From Eledone cirrhosa (lineage: Eukaryota), in the NCBI GenBank assembly GCA_964016885.1, contig OZ024744.1:90768001-90832000 (forward strand): a stretch of DNA of 64,000 bases. Direction: 5' to 3'. The notes below the pieces were generated by a model. That model did not search any database. It was given only the letters and a program-made list of their open reading frames with translations, and was not told the origin of the DNA. Position numbers and translations under genes: made by a program. Shown piece after piece: positions 26,420 to 40,500 of the stretch (position 1 is its first letter; each line of letters starts with the position of its first letter).

Positions 26420-27345
26420 TATCATCATCATCGTTTAACGTCCATCTTCCACACTAGCATGGGTTAAATGGTTTTGTTCCATTGTTCCATTTGATGCGGG
26501 AATGGTCGGGAGACCAGGTCTCGCTCATACGGAAGTGTCTCTGGCAGGTTTTCTACGGCTGGATGCCCTTCCTAACACCAACCACATTTACAGTGTCGAC
26601 TGGGAGCCTTTTCACCCTGATTACTACACGGCCACCTTACAGTGTGGACTGTTGTGTTATCGACACGGTGGATGGAACGGGAGAGGGAGGATGGGGTAGG
26701 GTGTCAGGGTGTACATTGGGTTAAGAGGTGCCTTCTAGGTTTGTATGCAAGGGCAATCGAGTCTTCTGTACAACTGCATGGTGCCAAAGATCTCGATCCA
26801 ATGACATTGTCTTAGAGAGATGTAAGTGAGCAAGGTCAGTTTTTATCACTAGTCCCAGGTTTTCTTGGTCTACCCACTCCGTAGCTTCCATCAATTTTCA
26901 TTGCCCTACACTTTTTTTATACAGCTGTTGTCCTTCATACACATCACATGTCCATACCAATGCAATCTCCTCTCCAGAACACAACATTTGATACCTCTTA
27001 TTCTTAGTCTCTCTCTCAATTCGTTTATGCTTCGCCGTTCGCGCACATTACTATTACACATCCATTGCAACATGAAAACTTCATTCCTTTGTAATCTACG
27101 TAAGTCTTCAGCACACAACGCCCAGGTCTCACTACCATGTAATATCGCTGTTTGTATACAAGCATCATACAATCTGCCTTTCGCTTTTAGAGAAAAACCC
27201 CTTGCAGCCAACAACGGTATTATCTCTCCCAGGTAACAGAAAGTGTCTACTATTTCTATAGAACCATCTGGGCAGTTGAAGGAGATATCATCCAGTGGGT
27301 CCTTGCTACTTACTGCACCTGAGCATCGGTCACATATGAAATCTC
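26420..27345 (-). mobile_element. RTE LINE 3' fragment including 3' UTR
   Basis: ORF 26906..27370 contains LYDACIQTAILHGSETWA...RRLHWYGHV. (GAT)n tail at 26420. Confidence 0.85.
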
Positions 27346-27731
27346 TCTCTATATATAAACACACACACACATATATATTTATATATATATAATAATAATA
27401 ATCATAGTAATAAATGGAAAATATATCACTATAGCATCATAATTTATTTCATTATATATATTTCAAGATACTAAGTTATAGTATGTCCTCATCAGACAAA
27501 ATACAATATATATTTGATGTATAAAAATATGACACCCATAATATAGAACATATGCGATCAATTTAAAATGGGTATTATATATATATATGTGTAAATATAT
27601 ATATAAATATATTATATATAAATGCACATATATATATATATATAAACACACATACATATATATATATAAGTACACACACATATATATAAACACATATCTA
27701 TATATATAAACACACATAAACATATATATAT

Positions 27732-27804
<73 letters not shown>

Positions 27805-28167
27805 AACACACACACACATATATATATAAACACAGACGCACACATATATATGAATTAAAAATAATACATGGACAAAGGCAGGAAAATGAACAAATACAGA
27901 AATACAGACAATCCCATCTCACCAGTCAATTGCTAGAGATACTTGAAATACAATGTTTCAGTGCTTTAAGATATGTATGTATAAATTGTGATAGAAGCCA
28001 CAAAAGTTGACAGCAATGTGATAGACAAAACAATTAAAAATATGTAAGTGTAGAAGGCAGTTGGATCATCTTGTACAGTTTCCGAGACACTGGCATAGTA
28101 GATTATGAGCAAGTCAAATGCATAATTTAGTAAGTAGAACAGGACAGAGTTGTAGTCAATGATTGAT

Positions 28168-28338
28168 CCAGCATCGGTAGAGGGTCGAATGCTATGCTTT
28201 GCAGCATAGTTACGTTCTGAATTCAAATCCCACTGAGGCTGGTTAACTTTGCCTTTCATACTTACGGGGTCGATAAAATAAAGTACCAGTAATACACTGG
28301 GGTAATTGCTGGCCTTGTGCCAAAAGTAGAAACAATTA
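28168..28338 (+). mobile_element. Family A SINE
   Basis: Same A/B boxes and core as the 1421-1609 copy. Confidence 0.8.
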
Positions 28339-28339
28339 T

Positions 28340-30295
28340 TGTAAACTGCTCTAAGGGTAAAGGTGATGCACTAGATAAAGTTGAGAGGCCAGGTCTTAAA
28401 GGTTATTAAAAAAGTTATAGTACAACTGATTAAGGAGAGAACTAAGTTAGACAAGACTCGGTTCGATTTTATGTCAGGTAGGGGTATTACCAGTACCCTT
28501 TTTCTATATTTCTAATGTGACAACTGCAGGAGAAATACTTTTCTAAGAGTAAGCTTTTGCATTCGACTTTTCTAGATATATCGAAGGCTTTTGACAGGGT
28601 CCACTGCTCTGTAATCTGGTAAGCACCAAGAAAGCTGGGTGTAGACAAATGACTTGTGAGGGCCACGCAAGCCATGTAAAGATTTGTGACAAGCAAGGCA
28701 AGAGTTGGCAATGAGAACAGAGTTGAATTTGAAGTGCAGGTGGCAGTCCACTGGGGCTCAGTCATCAGTCCACTTCTGTTTGCCATTGTTCTCTAGGTCA
28801 AAACCTAAGAGTTTAAACTGGCACTCCATGGGAATTCTTGTATGTTGATACTTAATCCTTATAATTAAACCCATAGGAGAGTAAGAAGCAAAATTCCAGG
28901 AATAGAAGAAAATCCTAGAATTGAAAGGCTTGAAAGAAAAATTAACAAAGACTAAATAATAAGGACAAGGAGTTTGTTTGATACACAGGACCTCAAAGAG
29001 AAATTTTACAAGGTGGTACAAGACCCCTTTGGGTCCCGAAGCAGGTAAAGATTTTTCACAAAATGGATGTTGCATGACTGTTGTAGGGACTTCTTACCTC
29101 TTGGACCCTGGAACAAAGTACCAGATGGAACACCCTTCTCATAGGATCTGTTGATATGTCAAGAAGAGATGAGCAGAAATTCTATAAGTTGCACACAGTG
29201 TAATCTATGAACACAAAAGAAATTTAGTGGGATTACAGGCAAGTCAATAGAGAAGATAGACTTTGTATGTGGCAAACACATACATGTAAGCAGTAAGAGC
29301 ATATGTGAAATAGCTCCTCTCAGTAGCCAGAGGCATTTCCTAGAAGTTGTTGACAGCTTCTGTTACTTAGGTGACCTAAGTAGCCATTGGGGAGGATATT
29401 CGGAAAAGGTGACAGCCAGAATAAAAATGTATTGGAAGAAGTTTAGGGAGCTACTACCTCTACTGACAACAAAGGGTATGCAAACAATAAGCCTTGACTG
29501 CAGATCTGCAAAGGCTACAAAATAATTGTTTCTACTTTTGGCACAAGGCCAGCAATTACCCCAGTGAATTACTGGTACTTTATTTTATCGACCCAGTAAG
29601 GATGAAAGGCAAAGTTAACCTCGGCGGGATTTGAACTCGGACCGTAAAGGGACGTAACTATGCTAGAAAGTATGGCGTCCAACCCTCTACCGATACTGCC
29701 AATTCACCCCCTAGCAAAGGCTAGAAAATAATGAAGTGAGCTTGCTCCAGTGGATGTGTAATATTAGTATGCAAGAACGACCAAGCCTAGACGAGTTGAG
29801 AGAGAAACTGTGTATAAGAGGGATAAAATGTAGTGTGCGGGAGAGAAGACTATGTTGGTATGGACTTGTGATGCACATGAAGGATAACCGCTGGGTAAAG
29901 AAGTGCCAAGAAATCCCAGTAGAAGAAAGACGCAGTAGAGGAAGACCACGAAAAACATGGGCAGAGGTGGTGAGAGCTGACCTCAGATCGCTGAAGCTCA
30001 CAGAAGAGATAATTGTTTCTACTTTAGGCACAAGGCCAGCAATTACCCAGTGCATTACTGGTACTTTATTTTATCGAGCCCGTAAGGATGAAAGGCAAAG
30101 TCAACCTCGGCGGGATTTGAACTCAGATAGTAAAGGGACGTAACTATGCTGGAAAGCATGGCGTCCGACCCTCTACCAATACTGCCAATCCACCGAAGAG
30201 ATAATGAAGGACCGTGATGAATGGTGAGATACTGTGCTGAATAGGACCCGTCCTACCATTGCAAGCAGGGAAAAGCGGACGTATGATGATGATGA
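28340..30295 (+). mobile_element. Degraded RTE LINE interrupted by two family A SINEs (29524-29710 and 30010-30195)
   Basis: KAFDRV, HWGSVISPLLF and RRLCWYG...RGRPRKTW motifs. SINE TSDs are GCAAAGGCTAsAAAATAAT and GAAGAGATAAT. Confidence 0.8.
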
Positions 30296-31018
30296 ACGAC
30301 ATAGCATGGGGAAAAAAACTTCACATAAGAGGAATCTGATGTAATGTGCAAGACCGAAGACTCAGTTGGTATGGACATGTGAAAATGTCAGCTGTATAAA
30401 GAAATGTAAAGAAATCTGTCACTCCCCACGATCTTTTGTCATTTATATATGATATATCTATCAATATTCTTACCTCTCCTATCCTATTATCACCTACAAT
30501 CCCCAACACCACATGGTAGAGAATAACCATCAGTCAAGTCTATGATTGACAGCTTCCCTAGTGCTGATACTAAGATAAAATGCACCCACTACACTCTGTA
30601 AAGCAGTTAGGATTAGGGATGGTTTCCAACAACAGAAAACCAGCCAAACAAAAGATCAAGAGGACTCATCTGTTATGTCGAAGGCTGTAACAACCAGCAC
30701 CTTAGGTGTTGGTGATCTACATGATAAACCCACCTAGTACACTCAGCAAAGGGGTTAGTGATAGAAAACACATCCATCTACAGAAAACCTGCCAAATAAA
30801 AGGACGAGCAAAACCATCAGCTGTGTTAAAGACCTGACAATCTTCCCAAAGTTGGTACCACAATAAAATGCACCCAGTAGAACATGGGAATGTATATAAG
30901 CAAGATGTAGGCCCTGACCTATCTAATAAGTCAGTAGCTACACATAAGTAATGTAATGCCTGGTTTTTGAAAATCTGCCTAACCCATGTTAACGGAAAAA
31001 TGGATGTTAAATAATAAT

Positions 31019-31405
31019 AATTGTTTCTACTTTTGGCTCAAGGCCAGCAAATACCCAGTACATTACTGGTACTTTATTTTATCGACCCCGTAAGGATGAA
31101 AGGCAAAGTTAACCTCGGCGGGATTTGAACTCAGAATGGAAAGGGCCGTAACTCTATGCGTCAAAGCATGACGTCCGATCCTCTACCGATACTGCCAATC
31201 CACCGCCTTAATAATTGTTTCTTATATAGGCACAAGGCCAGTAATTTGGGGGGAGGGAAAAGTCGATTAAATCGACCCCAGTACGTGACTGGTACTTTAT
31301 TTTATCGACCCCATAAGGATGAAAAGCAAAGTTAACCTCGGCGGGATTTGAACTCAGTATGGCAAGGGCCGTAACTCTATGCGTCAAAGCATGGCGTCCG
31401 ACCTT
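31019..31405 (-). mobile_element. Two tandem family A SINEs (the second is a variant with an AGTCGATTAAATCGACC hairpin)
   Basis: Direct similarity to the other copies. Confidence 0.85.
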
Positions 31406-31757
31406 ATACCGATAATAATGATGATGATATATACCTATATATTATTTCCTGTAAATAATCTATCATTCTTGGTTTCCTTCTCTTTCTGTGTGTGTGTGTG
31501 TGTATATATATATAATATATATATATATATGTGTGTATGCATGAGTGTGTGTATATGTATATATATGTGTGTGTGTATAAATATGTGTGTGTGTATGTGT
31601 GTGTATATATATATATGTGTGTCTGTATGTGTGTGTATATATGTGTGTGTGTATGTGTGTATATATATATATGTGTGCGTATGTATGTCAAGTATGTGTG
31701 TGTATATATGTATATATATGTGTGTGTGTATATATATATGTGTTTATGTGTGTGTCT

Positions 31758-33941
31758 GTCAAGTATACTTAGCTAGAAGGAAAGCGGAGGATAGAAAATT
31801 CAAGCATGTTTTGCAACGTGAGGACCAGAAACAGGAGGTGTTCAAGAATACGAGGCAGTGTGTCAGAGATAGTTGTGATGTCATTGGAGAGAAGTGTATC
31901 CAGAATGATAAAGGTGAGCTTGCCCTCACAAGTGCTGAGAAGAAAGATGCATGGAAGAGCCATTATGATAGATTACTAAATGAGGCGAATGCATGGGAGA
32001 AAGAGACCCTACCCCAAGTGGACCCTATAGAGGGGCCAGCAGTACAAGTCAGCAGCAGTGTAGTAAGTAAGGCAATTAAAGATATGAAGACGGGGAAGGC
32101 AACTGGTCCATCGGGTATAGCTGCCGAGATGCTGAAGGCATCTGGGTCGGTACATCACACCATAACCAGACGTATTGTTAACCAGGTAATACTAGAGGGT
32201 GTCATACCAAAGGATTGGTGCAGCAGCATCACTGTCAACTGCTACAAGTGTAAAGGTGATGCACTAGATAGAGGAAATTATAGATGTATAAAGCTGATGG
32301 ACCAGGTCATGAAAGTAACAGAAAGAGTTATAGCACAGTTGATTAGGGACCGGGTGAAACTAGATGAGATGCAATTTGGGTTTGTGCCAGGAAAAGGCAC
32401 CACTGATGCCCTCTTCCTTGTGAGGCAGTTACAGAAAAAGTACCTAGCTAAAAGTAAGCCGCTCTACCTGGCATTTGTCGATCTGGAAAAAGCCTTCGAC
32501 AGAGTCCCCTGTGCTATAATCTGGTGGGCTCTTAGAAAACTAGGAGTAGATGAATGGCTTGTGAAAGCTGTACAAGCCATGTAAAGGGGAGCAGTCAGCA
32601 AATTTAGGGTTAGCAATGACTATAGCAAGGAATTTAGCATACAGGTCGGTGTCCACCAGGGCTCTGTTCTTAGCCCTCTCCAGTTCATTATACTATTGCA
32701 GGCAATAACAGAGGAGTTTAAGACCGGATGCCCATGGGAACTCCTATATGCGGATAATCTCACATTTATAGCTGAATCTATGGTGGAACTAGAGAAGAAT
32801 TTCCAAACATGGAAGCAGCGACTAGAAGGAAAGGGTCTCAAAGTCAACCTGACAATGACTAAGGTCCTCGTTAGTAGACGAAAAAACAGAATTCAGATCC
32901 CCTCGGGGAAATGGCCTTGCTCAGTATGTAGGAAAGGTATAGATAGGAACTCCATCCTCTGCCCCAAATGCAAACAATGGGTACACAAGAGAAGTAGTGG
33001 GATCTCAGGAAGCTTAGCTAAGAATGTAGGCTTCAAGTGTAGCAGCTGTGCTGGGACAGCAAGCAGCAAACAGCCACAGGAAACAAGTACCACCGAACTC
33101 TGGGAGGGCTCTGTAGAAACAGTAAACAGCTTCTGCTACCTAGGTGACCAAATTAGAAGCGGAGGTGAGTGTTCAGAAAGTACAGTAACTAGGGTAAGAA
33201 TGGGATGGAAGAAGTTCAGTGAGCTACTGCCACTGCTAGCTGAAAAAGGCTTTCCCCTCAAAATGAAAGTCAGACTGTATGATGCGTGTATACAAATAGC
33301 AATGTTACATGGTAGTGAGACCTGGGCGCTGTCTGAAGAAGACCTGCGTAGATTAGAAAGAAACGAAGCCTGCATACTCCGATGGATGTGTAATAGTAAT
33401 ATACGTGAACGGGAAAGCATAAACGGATTGAGAGAGAGACTGAGCATAAAAAGAATCAAATGCTGTGTGCAGGAGAGGCGGTTGCGATGGTATGGACATG
33501 TGATGCGTGTGAAGGATGACAGCCGCATAAAAAGGTGCAGAGCACTAGAAGTTGATGGAAACCGCGGAATGGGGAGACCCAAGATGACCTGGGATGAGGT
33601 GATAAAAGCTGACCATACCCAATTGCACCTCTAAAAGGCGATGGCACAGGACAGTGACCTCTGGCGTCACGCAGTAATACAGAAGGCCCAACTTCCCACA
33701 GGTACAAGCCGAAGCTGAAGCATATAGACAATATGCCCCACCCCTTCCCACTGCAAAGTGGTCGTGGAGGTGCCACGGCAAAAAAGCACCCAGCCCACAC
33801 TGTAAAGTGGTCGTGATCAAGCCAGAATCAGTTCCCGTATGAGCAAGACAAGGTCAGCCAACCGGACACTGCCCACAACAGGACAACCTGTCTAACCCAT
33901 GCTAGCGTGGAAGAACGGACGTAAAACGGTGATGATGATGA
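31758..33941 (+). mobile_element. RTE LINE, 5'-truncated, RT nearly intact (one in-frame TAA at 32582), with 3' UTR and (GAT)n tail
   Basis: GKATGPSGI, QFGFVPGKGTTDA, FVDLEKAFDRVP, VHQGSVLSP, LLYADNL, LHGSETW and RRLRWYGHV. ORFs 31379..32584 and 32696..33634 are in the same frame. Confidence 0.92.
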
Positions 33942-33987
33942 TATGTATATGTGTGTGTGTATATATACATATATGTGTGTGTATATG

Positions 33988-34034
<47 letters not shown>

Positions 34035-34144
34035 GTATATGTATGAGTGTGTTGTGTGTATGAATATATGCATGGTATGTATGTATGGACAATAAATGTT
34101 GATGCACACAGACACACACACACAGACACACACACACACACATA

Positions 34145-34440
34145 TGTAAAAGGTAAACAGAAATAACAAAATTAACAAAACAAACAACACAGTACATGCA
34201 AATAAATATATTAGTTTAACGCTTGAAAGAGCAGGAAGAGAGTTTTAACGTTTCGGACACTAGTCCTTCATCAGAAGATAGAGTTAGAAATAGAAGATAA
34301 ATAGAAAGTAAAGAGTGATGAATGGGGAAAGAATGAGGAAATCCTAAGGATCTACTAAATATTAGGAAAGGTGCTGTAATAAAATGCTGCAATTTTGTTT
34401 GACACTGTAACAATTCTGTTAATCTATTGTAATCCACTGC
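34145..34440 (-). mobile_element. PLE-terminus fragment with HHR (same family as 57400-57635)
   Basis: Minus strand 34243-34278 reads TCTT-CTGATGA-AGGA-CTAGTG-TCC-GAAACGTT-AAAA. Confidence 0.75.
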
Positions 34441-34457
34441 CATATTTGTCTCATAAT

Positions 34458-34628
34458 AATTGTTTCTACTTTTGGCACAAGGCCAGTAATTACCCAGTAC
34501 ATTACTGGTACTTTATTTTATCGACGCCGTAAGGATGAAAGGCAAAGTTAACCTCGGCGGGATTTGAACTCAGAATGGCAAGGGCCGTAACTCTATGCGT
34601 CAAAGCATGGTGTCCGATCCTCTACCGA
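34458..34628 (-). mobile_element. Family A SINE with 20-bp TSD
   Basis: CATATTTGTCTCATAATAAT flanks both sides. Older copies at 34870-35020 and 35070-35230. Confidence 0.85.
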
Positions 34629-35338
34629 CACATATTTGTCTCATAATAATGGTTTCAGATTTAGGCAGAAGACCTGCAATTTTCTCCCTTTTTTTTTGTT
34701 GGGTAGGGGAGTCACATGTATCACCCATTGTTCCATCTCCCCTAGTAGTTTACCACTGTTGGGGTTGCCTATTCGTCTGACAGTTGCCCATTTATATTGC
34801 AACTAGCCATCATATCTGGTGGCTGTATTGCTATCTGCCACCTGCGACATGTTTTCTAGCAGAACAGCTTCAGTGCATTACTGGTACTCTATTTTATCAA
34901 CCCCATAAGGATGAAAGGTAAAGCTAAACACCTCAGTGGGATTTGAACTCATAATGTAAAGAGATGTTAACTATATATAGCAAAGCATGTTGTCCAACAT
35001 TCTACTAATACTGCCAATCCATTGCTGTATTTATCACATAATAGTAATTTAATTTTTTTTTTTTTTTGCAGTGGAGGGAGTCAATTAAATTAACCCCAGT
35101 ATTTAACTGGTATTTCATTTTTATTTTATTGACCCCGGTAGGATGAAAGATAATGTTGACCTCGGTGGGATTTGAATATGGAAGGTATAAGAGTTTGTAA
35201 ACTAAATGCCTATGTGGCAAAACATTATTTTGTCCCTGTCTGAAACAATCTCTAATAGAGATTTCAGTCCAAGATTTGAATTTAAATTTGAGCAACGCCA
35301 ATAGAAAAAAACTGTTCTTTTCAGTCTGGTTGTTGTTG

Positions 35339-36064
35339 TTAAACCTTGTGGCATTAAAACTGGTTGTATCTGGCCAGAATTCTCTCACCTCTTTCTCTTC
35401 AAACCAGTCGTAACTAGTTGCTCATACCAACGCTAACGTATTGTTTTCAAAATAAATATCAAAATCTCGTAGGTTTGACATTATGTGAGATATTTATGTG
35501 AGATCTGTCATCTGGTGGTCCCTAAGGAAACTAGGTGTTGAGGAATGGCTTGTGAAGACAGTGCAAACTTTGCATGGTAGTGAGACATGGGCAGCAACTA
35601 CAGAGGATATGCGACGGTTGGAGAGAAATGAGGCAAGCATGCTCTGTTGGATGTGCAATGTTAATGTGCGTGAACGACCCAGCATAAATGTGTTGAGAGA
35701 GGGATAAGTTGTAGTGTGCGAGAGAGGAGACTGAGGTGGTATGGACATGTGATGCGCATGGAGGATGAAGGATGGGTGAAGAAGTGCCAGGAAATGCCAG
35801 TTGAAGGAAGGCGTGGTAGAGGTAGACCACGAAAAACATGGGTGGAGGTGGTGAGAACAGACCTCAGATCGCTGAAGCTCATGGTGGAGATGACGAAGGA
35901 CCGTGACAAGTGGAGAGATGCTGTGCTGAATAAGATCCGTCCCACCCTTGCAAGCAGGGAAGAGCAGACGTAAAATGATGATGATGATGATGATGATGAT
36001 GATAAAGCCTTTTCTGTGAAAATATAATAGTAAATATTGAGTAATGTAAATGTTAAGGGGTTAA
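35339..36064. mobile_element. TTAA-bounded MITE (piggyBac-like) with a nested, internally deleted RTE (35497-36003)
   Basis: Ends TTAAACC...GGGGTTAA. It is the reverse complement of the element at 53163-53978. The RTE insert joins VKTVQT directly to LHGSETW. Confidence 0.65.
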
Positions 36065-36680
36065 ACCTTTCATGGCCACATTTCTAATGAAATGCATTCT
36101 ATTTTAATTAATTAAGAAAGAATTTTGAGGTATTTACTAAAACTATTAATTATTTCATTACAAAGATAGTAACATAATTTAAGATTCTTCTATAAAATTA
36201 TGTTGGAAGATTTTAATTTAAATTGGAAACCTTTAAAACGAGTGGTTTTATTTCATAGAACCAGAGTTGTTTTTTTTGGCTGGGTTGGTAACAAAGGTAG
36301 TAACTTAATGTAAGATTCTTCTATAAAATTATATTGGAAGATTTTAATTTAATTTAGAAACCTTTAAAATGGGTGGTTTTATTTCATAGAACCAGAGCTG
36401 GTTTTGGCCAAGTTGGTAACAAAGTAACTTAATGTAAGGTTCTTATATAAAATTATGTTGGAAGATTTTGATTTAAATTGAAGACCTTTAAAATGGGTGG
36501 TTTTATTTCATAGAACCAGAGCTGGTTTTGGCCAAGTTGGTAACAAAGTAACTTAATGTAAGGTCCTTATACAAAATTATGTTGGAAGATTTTGATTTAA
36601 ATTGAAAACCTTTAAAATGGGTGGTTTTATTTCATAGAACCAGAGCTGGTTTTTGTCTGGGTTGGTAACTAAAGGGTTAA
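36061..36680. mobile_element. Second TTAA-bounded MITE family with an internal about 118-bp tandem repeat (about 4 copies)
   Basis: Unit TTATGTTGGAAGATTTT...TTTCATAGAACCAGAG repeats; the element ends AAAGGGTTAA. Related pieces at 43284-43745, 47195-47316, 53978-54120 and 63044-63185. Confidence 0.6.
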
Positions 36681-37575
36681 TGTGTTGAATAAAAAAAATC
36701 TCGCTTAACCCAACAGTCAATCTGCCTTTTCTTGCTAACACTATGTTGTTTGGCGTTCTTCTTATTGTTGTTGTTTGTGTTTTGCACATATATGTGCACA
36801 TATTGACATGTGCACCTGGCTGTCTTTCTCTGTTGTGTGCAGACAGCAGCAGTTTGCTGTAACAAGCATACAAATCAGATTGTATGAAATGACGATGGTG
36901 GCAGTGGTGGTGGTGGTGGTTGTGATGGTGGTGGTGGTGGTGGTGGTGGTGGTGGTGGTTGTAACGGTGGCGGTTGTGGCGAGCGAGCGGGAGTATTGGT
37001 GGTGGCAGTGGCTGTGATAGTGTTGGAGGTGGCGGTGTTGGTGATGGTGGTGGTAATGTAGGTGGTGGAGATGGTGTTGGTGATGATGGTGGTGTTTGTC
37101 ATGTTGATGGTTGTGGTGGTGGTGGTGGTGGTGTTAGTGTTGGTGGTGGTAATGGTAATGTAGGTGTGGTGGTGGTGGTGGTGCTGCTGCTGCTGCTGCT
37201 GAGGGTGGAAGTTGTTTTGATGGGATTGAAAATAAAACATGCAAAATATGCAATGAAAGAGTTAAGGGGAAAACAAGAGAAAGGGAAAAGAAGTGATAGT
37301 GTGTGTGTGTGTGTGTATGCAGGTGTGTGTGTGTGTGTGTGTGTGTGTATGTATATAGTGTGTGTGTAAGAGAACAGTGGAAAGAGAAAAAGAATATCAA
37401 TGAAGATGTTGAAAGATAAGGGGGGGGAGGTGGAGATTGAGATATTAAGGAGAGAGAGACAGATGAGGAAGGGAGGGAGGAAAGAAAGAAGGGAGGAAGG
37501 AAGGAAAGAAAGGAGGAAAGAAAATGAAGGGAGCAGATAAAGAAAAAGGGTTGAGAAAAATCATCGAAAAAAGAA

Positions 37576-40500
37576 ATGGTTGGTTGGCTGGTTGGTTGGA
37601 TTGTTGGTTGGTTGGTTGGTTGGTTGGTTGGATTGTTGGTTGGATTGTTGGTTGGATGGATGGTTGGTTGGTTGGATTGTTGGTTGGATTGTTGGTTGGA
37701 TGGATGGTTGGTTGGTTGGATTGTTGGTTGGATTGTTGGTTGTATGGATGGTTGGTTGGTTGGATTGTTGGTTGGATTGTTGGTTGGATTGTTGGTTGGA
37801 TTGTTGGTTGGTTGGATGGTTGGTTGGTTGGATGGTTGGTTGGTTGGATTGTTGGTTGGTTGGTTGGTTGGATGGATGGTTGGTTGGTTGGTTGGTTGGT
37901 TGGATGGATGGTTGGTTGGTTGGATTGTTGGTTGGATTGTTGGTTGGATTGTTGGTTGGTTGGATGGTTGGTTGGATTGTTGGTTGGTTGGTTGGATTGT
38001 TGGTTGGATTGTTGGTTGGTTGGATGGTTGGTTGGTTGGATGGTTGGTTGGTTGGATTGTTGGTTGGATGGTTGGATTGTTGGTTGTATGGTTGGTTGGT
38101 TGGTTGGTTTGTTGGTTGTATGGTTGGTTGGTTGGTTTGTTGGTTGTATGGTTGGTTGGTTGGATGGTTGGTTGGTTGGATTGTTGGTTGGATTGTTGGT
38201 TGGATGGTTGGTTTGTTGGTTGTATGGTTGGTTGGTTGGATGGTTGGTTGGTTGGATTGTTGGTTGGATTGTTGGTTGGTTGCATGGTTGGTTGGTTGGT
38301 TGTATGGTTGGTTGGTTGGTTGGTTTGTTGGTTGGTTGGATTGTTGGTTGGATTGTTGGTTGGATGGTTGGATGGATGGTTGGTTGGTTGGATTGCTGGT
38401 TGTATGGTTGGTTGGATGGTTGGATTGTTGGTTGTATGGTTGGTTGGTTGGTTGGTTTGTTGGTTGTATGGTTGGTTGGTTGGATGGTTGGTTGGTTGGA
38501 TTGTTGGTTGGATTGTTGGTTGGATGGTTGGTTGGTTGGATGGTTGGTTGGTTGGATTGTTGGTTGGATTGTTGGTTGGTTGGATGGTTGGTTGGTTGGA
38601 TTGTTGGTTGGATTGTTGGTTGGATGGTTGGTTGGTTGGATTGTTGGTTGGATTGTTGGTTGGATGGTTGGATGGATGGTTGGTTGGTTGGATTGCTGGT
38701 TGTATGGTTGGTTGGATGGTTGGTTGGATGGTTGGTTGGATTGCTGGTTGTATGGTTGGTTGGATTGTTGGTTGGATTGTTGGTTGGATGGTTGGTTGGT
38801 TGGATGGTTGGTTGGTTGGATTGTTGGTTGGATTGTTGGTTGGTTGGATGGTTGGTTGGTTGGATTGTTGGTTGGATGGATTGTTGGTTGGATTGTTGGT
38901 TGGATTGCTGGTTGTATGGTTGGTTGGATGGTTGGTTGGTTGGATGGTTGGTTGGTTGGTTGGATGGTTGGTTGGTTGGTTGGATGGTTGGTTGGATGGT
39001 TGGTTGGATTGTTGGTTGGATGGTTGGTTGGTTGGATTGTTGGTTGGATGGTTGGATTGTTGGTTGTATGGTTGGTTGGTTGGTTGGATTGTTGGTTGGA
39101 TGGTTGGTTGGTTGGATGGTTGGTTGGTTGGATTGTTGGTTGGATTGTTGGTTGGATGGTTGGTTGGTTGGATGGTTGGTTGGTTGGATTGTTGGTTGGA
39201 TTGTTGGTTGGTTGGATGGTTGGTTGGTTGGATTGTTGGTTGGATGGTTGGTTGGTTGGATTGTTGGTTGGATTGTTGGTTGGATTGCTGGTTGTATGGT
39301 TGGATGGTTGGTTGGTTGGATGGTTGGTTGGTTGGTTGGATGGTTGGTTGGTTGGTTGGTTGGATGGTTGGTTGGATGGTTGGTTGGATTGTTGGTTGGA
39401 TGGTTGGTTGGTTGGATTGTTGGTTGGATTGCTGGTTGTATGGTTGGTTGGATGGTTGGTTGGTTGGATGGTTGGTTGGTTGGATTGTTGGTTGGATGGT
39501 TGGTTGGTTGGATTGTTGGTTGGATGGTTGGATTGTTGGTTGTATGGTTGGTTGGTTGGTTGGTTGGATTGTTGGTTGGATGGTTGGTTGGTTGGATGGT
39601 TGGTTGGTTGGATTGTTGGTTGGATTGTTGGTTGGATGGTTGGTTGGTTGGATGGTTGGTTGGTTGGATTGTTGGTTGGATTGTTGGTTGGTTGGATGGT
39701 TGGTTGGTTGGATTGTTGGTTGGATGGTTGGTTGGTTGGATTGTTGGTTGGATTGTTGGTTGGATTGCTGGTTGTATGGTTGGTTGGATGGTTGGTTGGT
39801 TGGATGGTTGGTTGGTTGGTTGGATTGTTGGTTGGATGGTTGGATTGTTGGTTGTATGGTTGGTTGGTTGGTTGGATTGTTGGTTGGATGGTTGGTTGGT
39901 TGGATGGTTGGTTGGTTGGATGGTTGGTTGGTTGGATTGTTGGTTGGATTGTTGGTTGGATGGTTGGTTGGTTGGATGGTTGGTTGGTTGGATTGTTGGT
40001 TGGATTGTTGGTTGGTTGGATGGATGGTTGGATGGATAGTTGGTTGGCTGGTTCTATGGATGGATGGTTGGTTGGTTCGTTGGTTGTATGGTTGGTTGGA
40101 TGGTTGTATGGTTGGCTGGTTGTATAGTTGTTTGTATCGTTGGATGGATGGTTGGTTGGGTGGTTGGTTGGGTGGTTGGTTGGATGATTGGTTGGTTGGT
40201 TGTATGATTGGCTGGTTGTATAGTTGGTTGTGTGGTTGGATGGATGGATGTTTGGGTGGTTGGTTGAATGGTTGGTTGGATGGTTGTTTGGTTGGTTGTA
40301 TGGTTTGTTGGTTGGATGGTTGATAGTTGGTTGTATTGGTGGATAATTGGTTGGTTGGTTGCATGGTTGGATGGTTGGTTGGATGGGTGGTTGGTTGGTT
40401 GATTGTATGGTTGGATGGTTGGTTGGTTGTTTATATGGTTGGATGGTTGGTGGATGGATGGTTGGTTGGTTGTTTCGATGGTTGGTTGGTTGTATGGTTG

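Noticed and set aside
36700-37240. Poly-Gln/His/Thr/Pro host exon on the minus strand
   Set aside because: Trinucleotide low-complexity sequence with stops in each frame and no recognisable domain or clear splice pair; cannot be supported.
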